This document shows, in pieces, positions 28,178-38,531 of a DNA stretch of 64,000 nucleotides (the first letter of the stretch is position 1; the number at the start of each line of letters is the position of its first letter). The notes under the pieces were generated by a model that had not been told where the DNA came from, did no database searches, and saw only the letters and a list, made by a program, of their open reading frames with translations. Where the stretch lies: contig JBGAML010000003.1 of assembly GCA_044223005.1 (NCBI GenBank), positions 224,001 through 288,000 on the forward strand, written 5' to 3'. The position numbers and the translations under genes were made by a program. The stretch is from Candidatus Eiseniibacteriota bacterium. GTDB taxonomy: Bacteria > Eisenbacteria > RBG-16-71-46.

Positions 28178-30587
28178 ATTCGCCGAGCGAGATCCCGAGC
28201 CGGACCTGGCGCGCGCGCTGGCCCAGGCGCGGATCGTAGGCGGGGACCCAGCCGCGCGCGGCGCCGACGCCGTTCCAGTAGCCGCCGCCGCCCTTGCCGG
28301 TCGCGGTGCGGTACGCCTCGTACTCGTCGTAGGCCGTGTTGATGCGCGGGTTCGGGAAGCCGTCCACCGCGGCGAGCAGGTCGCCGCGATGGTCGAACAG
28401 GTTGCTGACCGAGAGCAGCGCGACGACGCCCCGCGCACGCGGCAGCTCCACGCGCACGTCGAGCTGTGTCGACTCGCTCCAGCGCAGGCGGCGCGAGTTG
28501 ACGTGGTCCTGGTTCGCGTACTGCGGCGGCAGCACCGAGACGGCGCTGTCGGACTCGATGGGCGTCCACGGCCGGCCGGTGGCGAGCCGCGTGCTCCACG
28601 AGACGCGCACGCGGTTCCCGATCCGGTGCGCGCCGTCGAGCCCGAGCGCGTGCTCGATGTCCCAGTCGAGCGGGTGTTCCGCGGTCGACTGCGTGCGCGC
28701 CCCGTAGGCCTTGCCGTAGGCGATGCCGTAGGCGTTCGAGGCGTTGCCACGCGCGTTCATGAACGTGTACGCCGCGTGCAGTCGCGCGCCGTCCGGCCGC
28801 TCGCGCGTCACCTCGAACGTGAGCCCGTCGGAATGCGCGTCGTCGTCGCTCTCGTATCGCAGGTTGGTCGTGGTGCCGGGCACGGGATGATCGCGCACGC
28901 CGGGTTCGCCGTACACGTCGCGCAGGAACACCGAGATCTGCAGCGACCACTCGGGGTCGAGCACGTGCCGCACCGCCACCTGCCAGAGCACCACCTCCGC
29001 GGGCTCGAGCGCGCCGTTGCCCAGTGGCCGGCGGTCGTATGCGCGCGTGCGGTCCTCGTAGAGGAAATCGCGCGGTGGATCCTGCGCGATGCGCGCGTAG
29101 GCGAACGAGAACGCGTCCCGCACCGACACCGGGTAGGCGAGGCCCAGGCGCGGTGAGAGCGACCAGCGGACCTTCGCGCCGGGCACGGAGGAGCCGGGCG
29201 TGAACGCCTGCAGCCGCAGACCCTCGTTGGCGACGAAGCCGGCCGTGGCCCAGCGGTGCTGCACGTACGCGAACCCGCCGGGCGCCGACGCGTCGTACCG
29301 GCGCGAGACGTCCACGTACGGGGTGACCGGCGCGCCGTCGTCCACCTCGAACAGCTTCACGTGGTCCCACGACGCGCCGGCGCCCACCTGCAGGTGCTGC
29401 TGGCGTGCGGGCGCCGCCGAGGCGTCGACGCGCCCGAACCAGCGCTCCGCCGACGCGTCGCGGAACCACGGGTCGTCGCCGGCGTACACGTAGAACGGTG
29501 CGACACCGGCCCAGCCGTAGGGGCCGAACACGGGCCGGTCCTGCGGCACCACGTACGTCGTGTCGTGCCGCAGGCCGACGCTGGTCAGCGACGAGGTGCG
29601 CAGCCAGGCGAGCGACGCGTGCACCGGAATCCGCGATCCGGCACTCCCGCTCGCGATCACGGCCAGGTTCCGCTCCTCGACCATCACCCTGTGGTCGGCC
29701 GCGCGGTAGCGGAAGGAGTTCGCGGCCAGCGGGTACGGCGTGACATAGATCGGCTGCGTGCCGGGCGGATCGCCGAACGCGAAGTCGTGGAACGTCACCC
29801 AGCCGTCGATGCCCCACATGGGATCGTACGGCTGGCGGATCACGCGGCCGCCGAGCACCTCGAGCGCCGCGCGCCGCGGGTGCGCGACCGATGCGAGCTT
29901 CGCCCAACCAAGCAGGTGGTTGTCCTCGCGCCAGCCGAACGAACGCCCGAGCACGTGCGTGCGACCGCGGCTGCGCCGGTTGATCAGTCCGAGATCGTCG
30001 AGCCGCACCTCACCGGCGCCCGAGATGCCGAGTCCGCCGATTCCGAGCGGCGTCGAGCCGCCGAACTGCGCGACGTCGCTGCTCCCCGAGGCGCGCCCGT
30101 CGCTGCTCCAGCGCAGGCGGCCTTCGCGCCGGGCGCCGGCCCATCCGGTCGCGACGTCGAGATCACCCGCGAGTGCGCCGTTGCGGTCGGCGTCGACGGC
30201 ACCCGTGAGCAGTTCCGAGCGTCGCACCGCGAAGAGCGGGATCTCGAACGGACGCCCGGACTGCGGGTCGGTGAGCGGCACGCCGGCGATCGTCACCGCG
30301 AGTTCACCGGTGCGGCCGCCCTGCACGTGGAGGTCCTCGCCGGTCGCGACGACACCGGGCATGAGCGCCACCGCGTCGAGGAAGCGCGTCGCCGGGAGCG
30401 CGCGCAGCGCGGGCTCACCGAGTTCGTGCACGCCCTGCACCGAGCCGAGATCGTCGAAGCGGCGGCCCGAGACCTCGATCGCCTCGAACTGCCGGACGAT
30501 CGCCTGGCGCGGCGTGGAATCGCGGGGAGCGGATCCGGGGGAGGGTGCGGCCGTGGTCGCCAGCACGGCGACGATGAAGTGGAACAT
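28176..30587 (-). CDS. TonB-dependent receptor
   Basis: Plug LMPGVV...LHVQGGRTGE; barrel motifs LSPRLGLAYPV, GNGALEPAE, VSNLFD, RQVRLGISL C-terminus. Confidence 0.85.
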   Translation of the reverse strand: MFHFIVAVLATTAAPSPGSAPRDSTPRQAIVRQFEAIEVSGRRFDDLGSVQGVHELGEPALRALPATRFLDAVALMPGVVATGEDLHVQGGRTGELAVTIAGVPLTDPQSGRPFEIPLFAVRRSELLTGAVDADRNGALAGDLDVATGWAGARREGRLRWSSDGRASGSSDVAQFGGSTPLGIGGLGISGAGEVRLDDLGLINRRSRGRTHVLGRSFGWREDNHLLGWAKLASVAHPRRAALEVLGGRVIRQPYDPMWGIDGWVTFHDFAFGDPPGTQPIYVTPYPLAANSFRYRAADHRVMVEERNLAVIASGSAGSRIPVHASLAWLRTSSLTSVGLRHDTTYVVPQDRPVFGPYGWAGVAPFYVYAGDDPWFRDASAERWFGRVDASAAPARQQHLQVGAGASWDHVKLFEVDDGAPVTPYVDVSRRYDASAPGGFAYVQHRWATAGFVANEGLRLQAFTPGSSVPGAKVRWSLSPRLGLAYPVSVRDAFSFAYARIAQDPPRDFLYEDRTRAYDRRPLGNGALEPAEVVLWQVAVRHVLDPEWSLQISVFLRDVYGEPGVRDHPVPGTTTNLRYESDDDAHSDGLTFEVTRERPDGARLHAAYTFMNARGNASNAYGIAYGKAYGARTQSTAEHPLDWDIEHALGLDGAHRIGNRVRVSWSTRLATGRPWTPIESDSAVSVLPPQYANQDHVNSRRLRWSESTQLDVRVELPRARGVVALLSVSNLFDHRGDLLAAVDGFPNPRINTAYDEYEAYRTATGKGGGGYWNGVGAARGWVPAYDPRLGQRARQVRLGISLGE

Positions 30588-30628
30588 CGAGCGGCCCTCG
30601 TCCTGCGATGTCCCGGTCCGGTGAAGCC

Positions 30629-30657
30629 AATGTGGGGGCGGGGTCGCGCCGGGTCAA
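30629..30657 (-). promoter_or_regulatory. Sigma70-like promoter for the TonB receptor
   Basis: TTGACC-N17-CACATT on the minus strand. Confidence 0.5.
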
Positions 30658-30717
30658 GCCCTGAGTGCGTTTCGCCCGCCCGGGGCGCGGTCGGAAGCCG
30701 GTTCGCGGGGCGCCCGC

Positions 30718-31960
<1,243 letters not shown>

Positions 31961-31990
31961 CCCGTTACCATCACCCGGGGAGAACCTTCC

Positions 31991-32335
31991 ATGTTCCTCG
32001 TTCCCGACGCCTTCGCGCAGGGCGCGGCCGCGCCCGCTCCGAGCGGCCCGCTCGCGCAGTTCTTCGGTGGTCCGATGTCCACCGTGGTCATGTTCGGGCT
32101 CATGTTCGCGATCATGTACTTCCTTCTCATCCGGCCGCAGGCGCAGGAGAAGAAGAAGCTCGAGAGCGCGATCGACAAGCTCCAGAAGGGCGACAAGGTG
32201 CTCACGACCAGTGGCATCGTCGCGACGGTCGTCTCGATCGACAAGAACCGCGCCCTGCTGCGCATCTCCGAGGACGTGAAGGTCGAGTTCGTGCGCAGCG
32301 CGATCGCGCAGGTCCTCGCCAACGAGAAGAGCTGA
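31991..32335 (+). CDS. yajC: Preprotein translocase subunit YajC
   Basis: MYFLLIRPQ, LQKGDKVLTTSGI. Confidence 0.95.
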   Translation: MFLVPDAFAQGAAAPAPSGPLAQFFGGPMSTVVMFGLMFAIMYFLLIRPQAQEKKKLESAIDKLQKGDKVLTTSGIVATVVSIDKNRALLRISEDVKVEFVRSAIAQVLANEKS

Positions 32336-32337
32336 CC

Positions 32338-32892
32338 GTGTCCGTACGTCCCGTCCGCATCTACGGCGATCCCGTCCTGAAGCAGAAGGCCGCGGACGTC
32401 ACGTCGTTCGACGACTCGCTCCGCGCGCTGGTGGCCGACCTGTTCGACACCATGAAGGCGTACCGCGGTGTCGGGCTGGCCGCGCCCCAGGTGGGCGTGG
32501 CGCAGCGCGTGTTCGTCGTGGACGTGCCGCAGGAGGGCGGGACGCGCGAGACGTTCGCAGTGATCAATCCGGTGCTCGACCAGCGCGACGGCAAGGAATC
32601 GGCCGAGGAAGGCTGTCTCTCGATGCCGGGCATCTACGAGGACGTCCAGCGCTCGTTCGCGCTGCGACTGCGCGCGTTCGACGAGCACGGTCAGCCGTTC
32701 GAGAAGGTGGTCGACGGCTACCTCGCGCGCGCGATCCAGCACGAGTCCGATCACCTGGACGGCGTGTTGTTCACCGACCGGCTCTCGCCGCTCAAGCGGC
32801 GGCTGCTCCGCCGGCAGCTCGACGCGCTCGCGCGCGGCGAGGTGCCCGAGGGCTACCACCCCGGGACCGGTGACGGGGAGCCGTCGCTCTGA
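32338..32892 (+). CDS. def: Peptide deformylase
   Basis: GVGLAAPQ, EGCLS, QHESDHLDG. Confidence 0.96.
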   Translation: MSVRPVRIYGDPVLKQKAADVTSFDDSLRALVADLFDTMKAYRGVGLAAPQVGVAQRVFVVDVPQEGGTRETFAVINPVLDQRDGKESAEEGCLSMPGIYEDVQRSFALRLRAFDEHGQPFEKVVDGYLARAIQHESDHLDGVLFTDRLSPLKRRLLRRQLDALARGEVPEGYHPGTGDGEPSL

Positions 32893-33836
32893 AACCGCGC
32901 GTCGTGTTCATGGGCACGCCGGAGTTCTCGGTGCCCGCGCTGCGCGCGGTCGCGGAGCGCTGCGAGGTCGTGCGCGTCGTGACGCAGCCCGACCGGCCCG
33001 CAGGCCGCGGTCGCGCGATGGCCGAATCGGCGGTCGCGCGCGAGGCGGCGGCGCTGGGGCTGCCCGTGGACAAGCCCGAGGACATGAAGTCCGCCGGCGT
33101 ACGCGACCGGCTCGCCGCCGACGCGGCCGACGTGTTCGCGGTGGTGGCGTTCGGCGCGATCCTCACGCCGGCGCTGCTGGCGTTGCCGCGCGCCGGCTGC
33201 CTCAACCTGCACGGGTCGGTGCTGCCGGACTATCGCGGGGCCTCGCCGGTGCAGCGCGCGCTGTGGGACGGCCGCGCCGAGAGCGGCGTGTGCACGATCT
33301 TCATGGACGACGGCATCGACACGGGCGACGTGGTGCTGGTGGCGCGCGAACCGATCCGCGACGACGACGACGCGGCGACGCTGGCGACGCGGCTCGCCGC
33401 GCTCGGCGGGCCGCTGCTCGCGGAGAGTTGCGTGCTGGCGCACGAGGGCCGCGCGCCGCGTGCGCCGCAGGACCGTTCCGCGGGCTCGTACGCGAAGAAG
33501 TTGAAGAAGTCGGACGGCGCCGTGGACTGGGCGCTGCCGGCGACGACGATCTGGCATCGGGCGCGTGCGGTGACGCCGTGGCCGGGTGCGACCGCGGGAC
33601 ACGCGGGCCGCCGGCTGCTGCTGCTGGCGTCGACGCCCGAGGCGGGCCGGGGAGAACCCGGCGAAGTGATCGAAGTGAGTGGGGACGGGGTGGTGGTGGC
33701 GTGCGGCGACGGAGCGTTGCGCGTTCGACAGGTGAAGCCCGAAGGCCGTTCGGCCCTCGCGGCTTCGGATTGGGCGCGTGGTGCGCGTCTTTCGCCGGGC
33801 GATCGCCTGGCAGGTGGAAAGGAGTTCTCGTCGTGA
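32889..33836 (+). CDS. fmt: Methionyl-tRNA formyltransferase (probable CTG start)
   Basis: VVFMGTPEF, TQPDRPAGRG, NLHGSVLPDYRGASP, DTGD; CTG 32889 overlaps the def stop. Confidence 0.93.
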   Translation: MKPRVVFMGTPEFSVPALRAVAERCEVVRVVTQPDRPAGRGRAMAESAVAREAAALGLPVDKPEDMKSAGVRDRLAADAADVFAVVAFGAILTPALLALPRAGCLNLHGSVLPDYRGASPVQRALWDGRAESGVCTIFMDDGIDTGDVVLVAREPIRDDDDAATLATRLAALGGPLLAESCVLAHEGRAPRAPQDRSAGSYAKKLKKSDGAVDWALPATTIWHRARAVTPWPGATAGHAGRRLLLLASTPEAGRGEPGEVIEVSGDGVVVACGDGALRVRQVKPEGRSALAASDWARGARLSPGDRLAGGKEFSS

Positions 33837-36328
33837 GTGAAGCACGCCGTCCTTCTGGCGGTTCCCGCGCCCCGCGCGGTCCCCGCGTCGGGGCTGGTCG
33901 CCCCGATGCCGCGCCCCGGGGGCGCGCCCCGCGCCGCGAAGGCGACTCGCCGCGTGGGCGCTCGTTCGATCGCGCGCCGCGTTCCGGTGATGCGCCGCGT
34001 GGGCGCTCGTTCGATCACGCGCCGCGTTCCGGTGATGCGCCGCGTGGGCGCTCGTTCGATCGCGCGCCGCGTTCCGGTGATGCGCCGCGTGGGCGCTCGT
34101 TCGATCGCGCGCCGCGTTCCGGTGATGCGCCGCGTGGGCGCTCGTTCGATCGCGCGCCGCGTTCCGGTGATGCCCCGCGCGGGCGCTCGTTCGATCGCGC
34201 GCCGCGTTCCGGTGATGCCCCGCGTGGGCGTTCGTTCGATCGCGCGCCGCGCACGTTCGACCGCGGCCCGCGCCGCGAGGGTGATTCGCGTCCGCCGCGC
34301 ACGTTCGACCGCGGCCCGCGCCGCGAGGGTGATTCGCGTCCGCCGCGCACGTTCGACCGCGGCCCGCGCCGCGAGGGTGACGCGCGTCCGCCGCGCACGT
34401 TCGATCGCGGCCCGCGCCGCGAGGGTGACGCGCGTCCGCCGCGCACGTTCGACCGTGGCCCGCGTCGCGAGGGCGATGCCCGTCCGCCGCGCACGTTCGA
34501 TCGCGGCCCGCGCCGCGAGGGCGACGCGCGTCCGCCGCGCACGTTCGATCGCGGCCCGCGCCGCGAGGGCGACGCGCGTCCGTCGCGCACGTTCGATCGC
34601 GGCCCGCGCCGCGAGGGCGATGCGCGTCCGCCGCGCACGTTCGATCGCGGCCCGCGGCGCGAGGGCGACGCGCGTCCGCCGCGCACGTTCGATCGCGGTC
34701 CGCGCCGCGAGGGTGACGCGCGTCCGCCGCGCCCGTTCGACCGCGGCCCGCGCCGCGAGGGCGACGCACCGCGCCGCAGCTTCACTCCGCGCGGTGACGA
34801 CCAGGCCGGTGCCGTCAACCGCTCGCGCATGCCCTACAGCGAGATGCCCGCGCCGCGCACGCGCTGGCGGCGCGATGGCCGCCCGTCGCCGGCGACGCCG
34901 TTCCGTTCGCCGCGCGGCGCCGAGGCGCCGGAGAACGGAGCGCACCCGCCGCGCACCAGCGCGCGCCGTCCGTTCGCGGGTCCCGCCGAAGGGCCCAACT
35001 CGCCTCTGCCGTCCGATCCGCGCGAGGCGGCGCTGCGGATCCTGCACGCGGTCGACACGCGCGGCGCATTCAGCGACCGGCTGCTCGACTCCGCGCACGC
35101 ACGCGGCGGTGACCCGCGTGACGCGTCGCTGCTCCACGAACTGGTGAAGGGCGCGCTGCGCTGGCGCAACCGGCTCGACTGGGCGCTCGACCAGCGCGTG
35201 CACATCGGCCTCCCGGCCGTGCAGCCGTGGATCCGCAACATCCTCCGTCTCGGCGCCTACCAGATCCTCATGCTGGACCGGATCCCGATGCACGCGGCGG
35301 TCGACGAGTCGGTGAAGCTCGCGCACAAGTACGGGCACCCGGGCGCCGCGGGGCTCGTCAACAGCGTGCTGCGCCGGCTGTCCGAGGAACGCGAGACGCT
35401 GACGTGGCCCGAGGGCGACGACGTCGCCTCGCTCGCCGTCTGGGGCTCGCATCCCGAGTGGCTCGTCGAGCGCTGGCTCGCGCGCTTCGGGCTCGAGGAC
35501 ACGCGCGCGCTGCTCATGGCCAACAACCGTCCGGTGCCGACGGGGCTGCGTGTCAACGGCATCAAGGCTTCGCGCGAACAGCTCGTGGCCCACCTGCAGC
35601 GCGAGGAGGTCGAGGCCCGGCTCGCCGAGCTGTCGCCCGACCTCGTCTGGGTCGACGGGCATCACGCGCCCGGAGCGCTCAAGGCGTTCCGCGACGGCTG
35701 GTGCACCGCGCAGGACGAGAGCGAGTCGCTGGTCGGCCGCGTGGTCGCGCCGCTGAAGCACGAGCGGCTGCTCGACCTCTGTGCGGCTCCGGGCGGCAAG
35801 AGCACGCACCTCGCCGAGCTGATCGGCGACGAAGGCGAAGTCTGGGCCATGGAGCGGGACGCGCATCGCGTCGCTTCGCTCGAGGCCACGATCACGCGCC
35901 TGGGCGTGCACGCAGTGCACGTGGTGCACGGCGACGGGCGCACGTACGCGTTCCCGATGCCGTTCGACCGCGTGCTGGTGGACGCGCCGTGCTCGGGGCT
36001 GGGCGTGCTCGGCCGCCGGGCCGACGCGCGCTGGCGCAAGGGCCCCGAAGTGCTGGTCGAGATGCCCGAGGTGCAGCTCGAGCTGCTCGACGCGGCGTCG
36101 CGGCGCGTCGTGCCGGGCGGGCTGCTCGTCTACAGCGTGTGCAGCTTCGAGCCCGAGGAGACCGATCACGTGATCGAGCGCTTCCTCGCGACGCACCCGA
36201 ACTTCACGCGCGAGAGTGTCGCGGGCGTGGCTCCCGACGCGGTCGTGACGCCCGAGGGCACCATGCGCGTGCTGCCGCACGCGCACGGCTGCGACGGCGC
36301 GTTCGCGGCCCGGCTGCGCAAGGCATGA
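33833..36328 (+). CDS. rsmB: 16S rRNA m5C967 methyltransferase RsmB with ~390-aa repetitive N-terminal extension
   Basis: AAGGAG SD plus GTGA overlap; NusB-like domain (REAALRIL, HAAVDESV, LVNSVLR), DLCAAPGGK, VDAPCSGLG, YSVCS. Confidence 0.92.
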   Translation: MSEARRPSGGSRAPRGPRVGAGRPDAAPRGRAPRREGDSPRGRSFDRAPRSGDAPRGRSFDHAPRSGDAPRGRSFDRAPRSGDAPRGRSFDRAPRSGDAPRGRSFDRAPRSGDAPRGRSFDRAPRSGDAPRGRSFDRAPRTFDRGPRREGDSRPPRTFDRGPRREGDSRPPRTFDRGPRREGDARPPRTFDRGPRREGDARPPRTFDRGPRREGDARPPRTFDRGPRREGDARPPRTFDRGPRREGDARPSRTFDRGPRREGDARPPRTFDRGPRREGDARPPRTFDRGPRREGDARPPRPFDRGPRREGDAPRRSFTPRGDDQAGAVNRSRMPYSEMPAPRTRWRRDGRPSPATPFRSPRGAEAPENGAHPPRTSARRPFAGPAEGPNSPLPSDPREAALRILHAVDTRGAFSDRLLDSAHARGGDPRDASLLHELVKGALRWRNRLDWALDQRVHIGLPAVQPWIRNILRLGAYQILMLDRIPMHAAVDESVKLAHKYGHPGAAGLVNSVLRRLSEERETLTWPEGDDVASLAVWGSHPEWLVERWLARFGLEDTRALLMANNRPVPTGLRVNGIKASREQLVAHLQREEVEARLAELSPDLVWVDGHHAPGALKAFRDGWCTAQDESESLVGRVVAPLKHERLLDLCAAPGGKSTHLAELIGDEGEVWAMERDAHRVASLEATITRLGVHAVHVVHGDGRTYAFPMPFDRVLVDAPCSGLGVLGRRADARWRKGPEVLVEMPEVQLELLDAASRRVVPGGLLVYSVCSFEPEETDHVIERFLATHPNFTRESVAGVAPDAVVTPEGTMRVLPHAHGCDGAFAARLRKA
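33956..34777 (+). repeat. Two in-frame coding tandem arrays: about 6.5 x 45 nt, then about 11 x 48 nt
   Basis: Units encode GRSFDRAPRSGDAPR and RTFDRGPRREGD(A/S)RPP. Confidence 0.95.
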
Positions 36329-37089
36329 GCGACGCCCCGGAGCCCGCACCCGAACGCGTGCGCAAGCACCGCGTCCGCGACACGGCGATCCTCGCCGTGG
36401 TCGCGGTGGCGGCGTTCGTGGTCGGGCTCGGGCTCTTCAACGGGGTGCTCATGCCGCGGCTGATCCACGGCGGCGGCGAGGTGCCGGTGCCCGACCTCAT
36501 CAACCTCACGCTGCCACAGGCGGAGAAGGCGCTCGGGCAGAGCGGCCTCGCGCTTTCGCGCGCGGGCGAGCGGTTCGACGCGGCGGTGCCGCGGGGTTTC
36601 ATCCTCGCGCAGGACCCGCCGGCGGGCACACCGGTGCGCGGCCGGACGCGCGTGCTCGTCACCGTGAGCATGGGCGAGGAGTTCAGCTCGGTGCCCGAGC
36701 TCTTCGGCGAGTCGCGCCGCAGCGCGCAGCTGCTGCTCGAACGCGCCGGGCTCGCGTTCGCGGGCGTGACCCGCGCGCCGAGCGAGGAGGTCGGCCAGGA
36801 CCTCGTCGTGGCCTCCGATCCGCCCGCCGAATCGGTGCTGCCGCGCGGCACGGCGGTGGCGCTGCTCGTCTCCACGGGTCCCGGGCCCGAGGAGTTCGTG
36901 ATGCCGGATCTCGGCGGCCGCGAGCTGAACGGCGCGCGGCGCCAGCTCGAGGCGCTCGGCTTCAAGGTGCTCGTGCCGCCGGGTGCGCCCAACGTCGGCG
37001 CGATCGTGTCGCAGTCGCCGCCGCCGGGCGCACGCGTCACCAGCGACACGCAGGTCGTGCTGCAGGCGATGGGCCGAGTGATCCGCTGA
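36325..37089 (+). CDS. PASTA-domain membrane protein (3 PASTA)
   Basis: N-terminal TM; VPDLINL, VPELFGE, MPDLGGR starts with QDPPAG-type ends; conserved position before rpe. Confidence 0.9.
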   Translation: MSDAPEPAPERVRKHRVRDTAILAVVAVAAFVVGLGLFNGVLMPRLIHGGGEVPVPDLINLTLPQAEKALGQSGLALSRAGERFDAAVPRGFILAQDPPAGTPVRGRTRVLVTVSMGEEFSSVPELFGESRRSAQLLLERAGLAFAGVTRAPSEEVGQDLVVASDPPAESVLPRGTAVALLVSTGPGPEEFVMPDLGGRELNGARRQLEALGFKVLVPPGAPNVGAIVSQSPPPGARVTSDTQVVLQAMGRVIR

Positions 37090-37150
37090 GCGGCCCCGGC
37101 CGGAGCCGGTGCCCTTGCGCCTCCGCGGCGCATCGCGCACCCTCGCGGCC

Positions 37151-37816
37151 ATGACCGCTCGCCCCCCGATCGTCGCGCCCAGCATCCTCTCCGCCGACCT
37201 CGCCCGGCTGCCGCAGGCCCTCGCGCTGCTCGATCCCGCGCGCGACTGGGTGCACTGCGACGTCATGGACAACCACTTCGTGCCCAATCTCACGTTCGGG
37301 CCGATGGTGGTGGCCGCGGCGCGTTCGCTCACGACCGCGTTCGTGGACGTGCATCTCATGATGGAACGGCCGTGGGGCATGGTGGAGGAGTTCCGCAAGG
37401 CCGGCGCGGACCTCGTCACCGTGCATCTCGAGGCCTGCCCGCAGACGCGCGAGACGCTGCGCCAGGTGCGCGCGACCGGTGCGAAGGCCGGACTGGCGAT
37501 CAAGCCCGCGACGCCGTTCGCGGCCGTCGCGCCCTACCTGCCGGACCTCGACCTGCTCCTCGTGATGACCGTCGAGCCCGGCTTCGGCGGCCAGTCGTTC
37601 ATGCCCGACATGATGGACAAGGTGCGCGCCGCGGTGGCGGAGCGCGCGAAGCACTCGCTGTCGTTCGTGATCGAGGTCGACGGCGGCATCCACGACGCGA
37701 CGGCCCGCGAGGCACGCGCCGCGGGGGCCGACGTGTTCGTGGCCGGCCACGCGGTGTTCCGCGCGAGCGATCCGGCCGCGGCGCTCGCCGGTCTCCGGAG
37801 CGCCGTCGCGTCCTGA
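37151..37816 (+). CDS. rpe: Ribulose-phosphate 3-epimerase
   Basis: APSILSAD, HCDVMDNHFVPNLTFG, DVHLM, MTVEPGFGGQ, EVDGGI. Confidence 0.96.
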   Translation: MTARPPIVAPSILSADLARLPQALALLDPARDWVHCDVMDNHFVPNLTFGPMVVAAARSLTTAFVDVHLMMERPWGMVEEFRKAGADLVTVHLEACPQTRETLRQVRATGAKAGLAIKPATPFAAVAPYLPDLDLLLVMTVEPGFGGQSFMPDMMDKVRAAVAERAKHSLSFVIEVDGGIHDATAREARAAGADVFVAGHAVFRASDPAAALAGLRSAVAS

Positions 37817-37895
37817 CCGCCGCCGCGGTTGAACCCGCGGCGCAGCCACGGCACACTTGAGATCGCTGCCGCACGTCGCGGCGCGCGGAGACTGC

Positions 37896-38531
37896 ATGCC
37901 CGACGGCCCGTCGCCCTCCGGCGGTCCCGAGCCCCCGGCACGGCCGGGCGCCCCGGGGCCGGCCGACCTCGAATCGACCGCCCTGCTGCTGGACCAGATC
38001 CGCGGCGGGAACGCCCGTGCGCGCGAGCGCCTCGTGGCCCGCTACCTGCCGATCCTCCGCCGCTGGGCGCACGGCCGGCTGCCGGCCGGGGCCCGGGGGC
38101 TCGCCGACACCGACGACCTCGTGCAGGTTTCGCTCCTCCGTGCGTTGGATCATGTGGACGGGTTCGAGATCCGGCGCGAGGGGGCGTTCCTGGCCTACCT
38201 GCGGCGGATCCTCGTGAACGCCGTCCGCGACGAGATCCGCCGCTCGGTCCGGCGCCCCAGCGAATCGCTGGAGGGCCACGAGCCGGTGGCGGATGCCCCG
38301 TCGCTCATCGAGAAGCAGATCGGGCGCGAGATCGTCGAGAGCTACGAGGCCGCCCTGGCTCACCTCACGGAGGCGCAGCAGGAGGCCGTGATCATGCGGC
38401 TCGAGTTCGGCTACGACTACCCGCGCATCGCCGAGGCTCTCGGCAGCGGATCGCCGAACGCCGCGCGCATGCTCGTGACACGTGGGCTCGTCCGGCTGGC
38501 GGAGGAGATGGATGTCCACCGAGAACCCTGA
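37896..38531 (+). CDS. ECF sigma factor, Ser/Thr-kinase-associated type
   Basis: GGAG SD; ARERLVARY, DTDDLVQ, FLAYLRRILVNAVRD, region 4 IAEALG...AARMLV. Confidence 0.88.
   Translation: MPDGPSPSGGPEPPARPGAPGPADLESTALLLDQIRGGNARARERLVARYLPILRRWAHGRLPAGARGLADTDDLVQVSLLRALDHVDGFEIRREGAFLAYLRRILVNAVRDEIRRSVRRPSESLEGHEPVADAPSLIEKQIGREIVESYEAALAHLTEAQQEAVIMRLEFGYDYPRIAEALGSGSPNAARMLVTRGLVRLAEEMDVHREP

Noticed and set aside
32870..33832. Track ORF extending rsmB upstream across fmt
   Set aside because: It overlaps fmt in another frame; SD plus GTGA at 33833 is the better start
33956..34777. Tandem repeats as a CRISPR array
   Set aside because: Units are contiguous with no unique spacers, are multiples of 3 in frame with rsmB, and there are no cas genes
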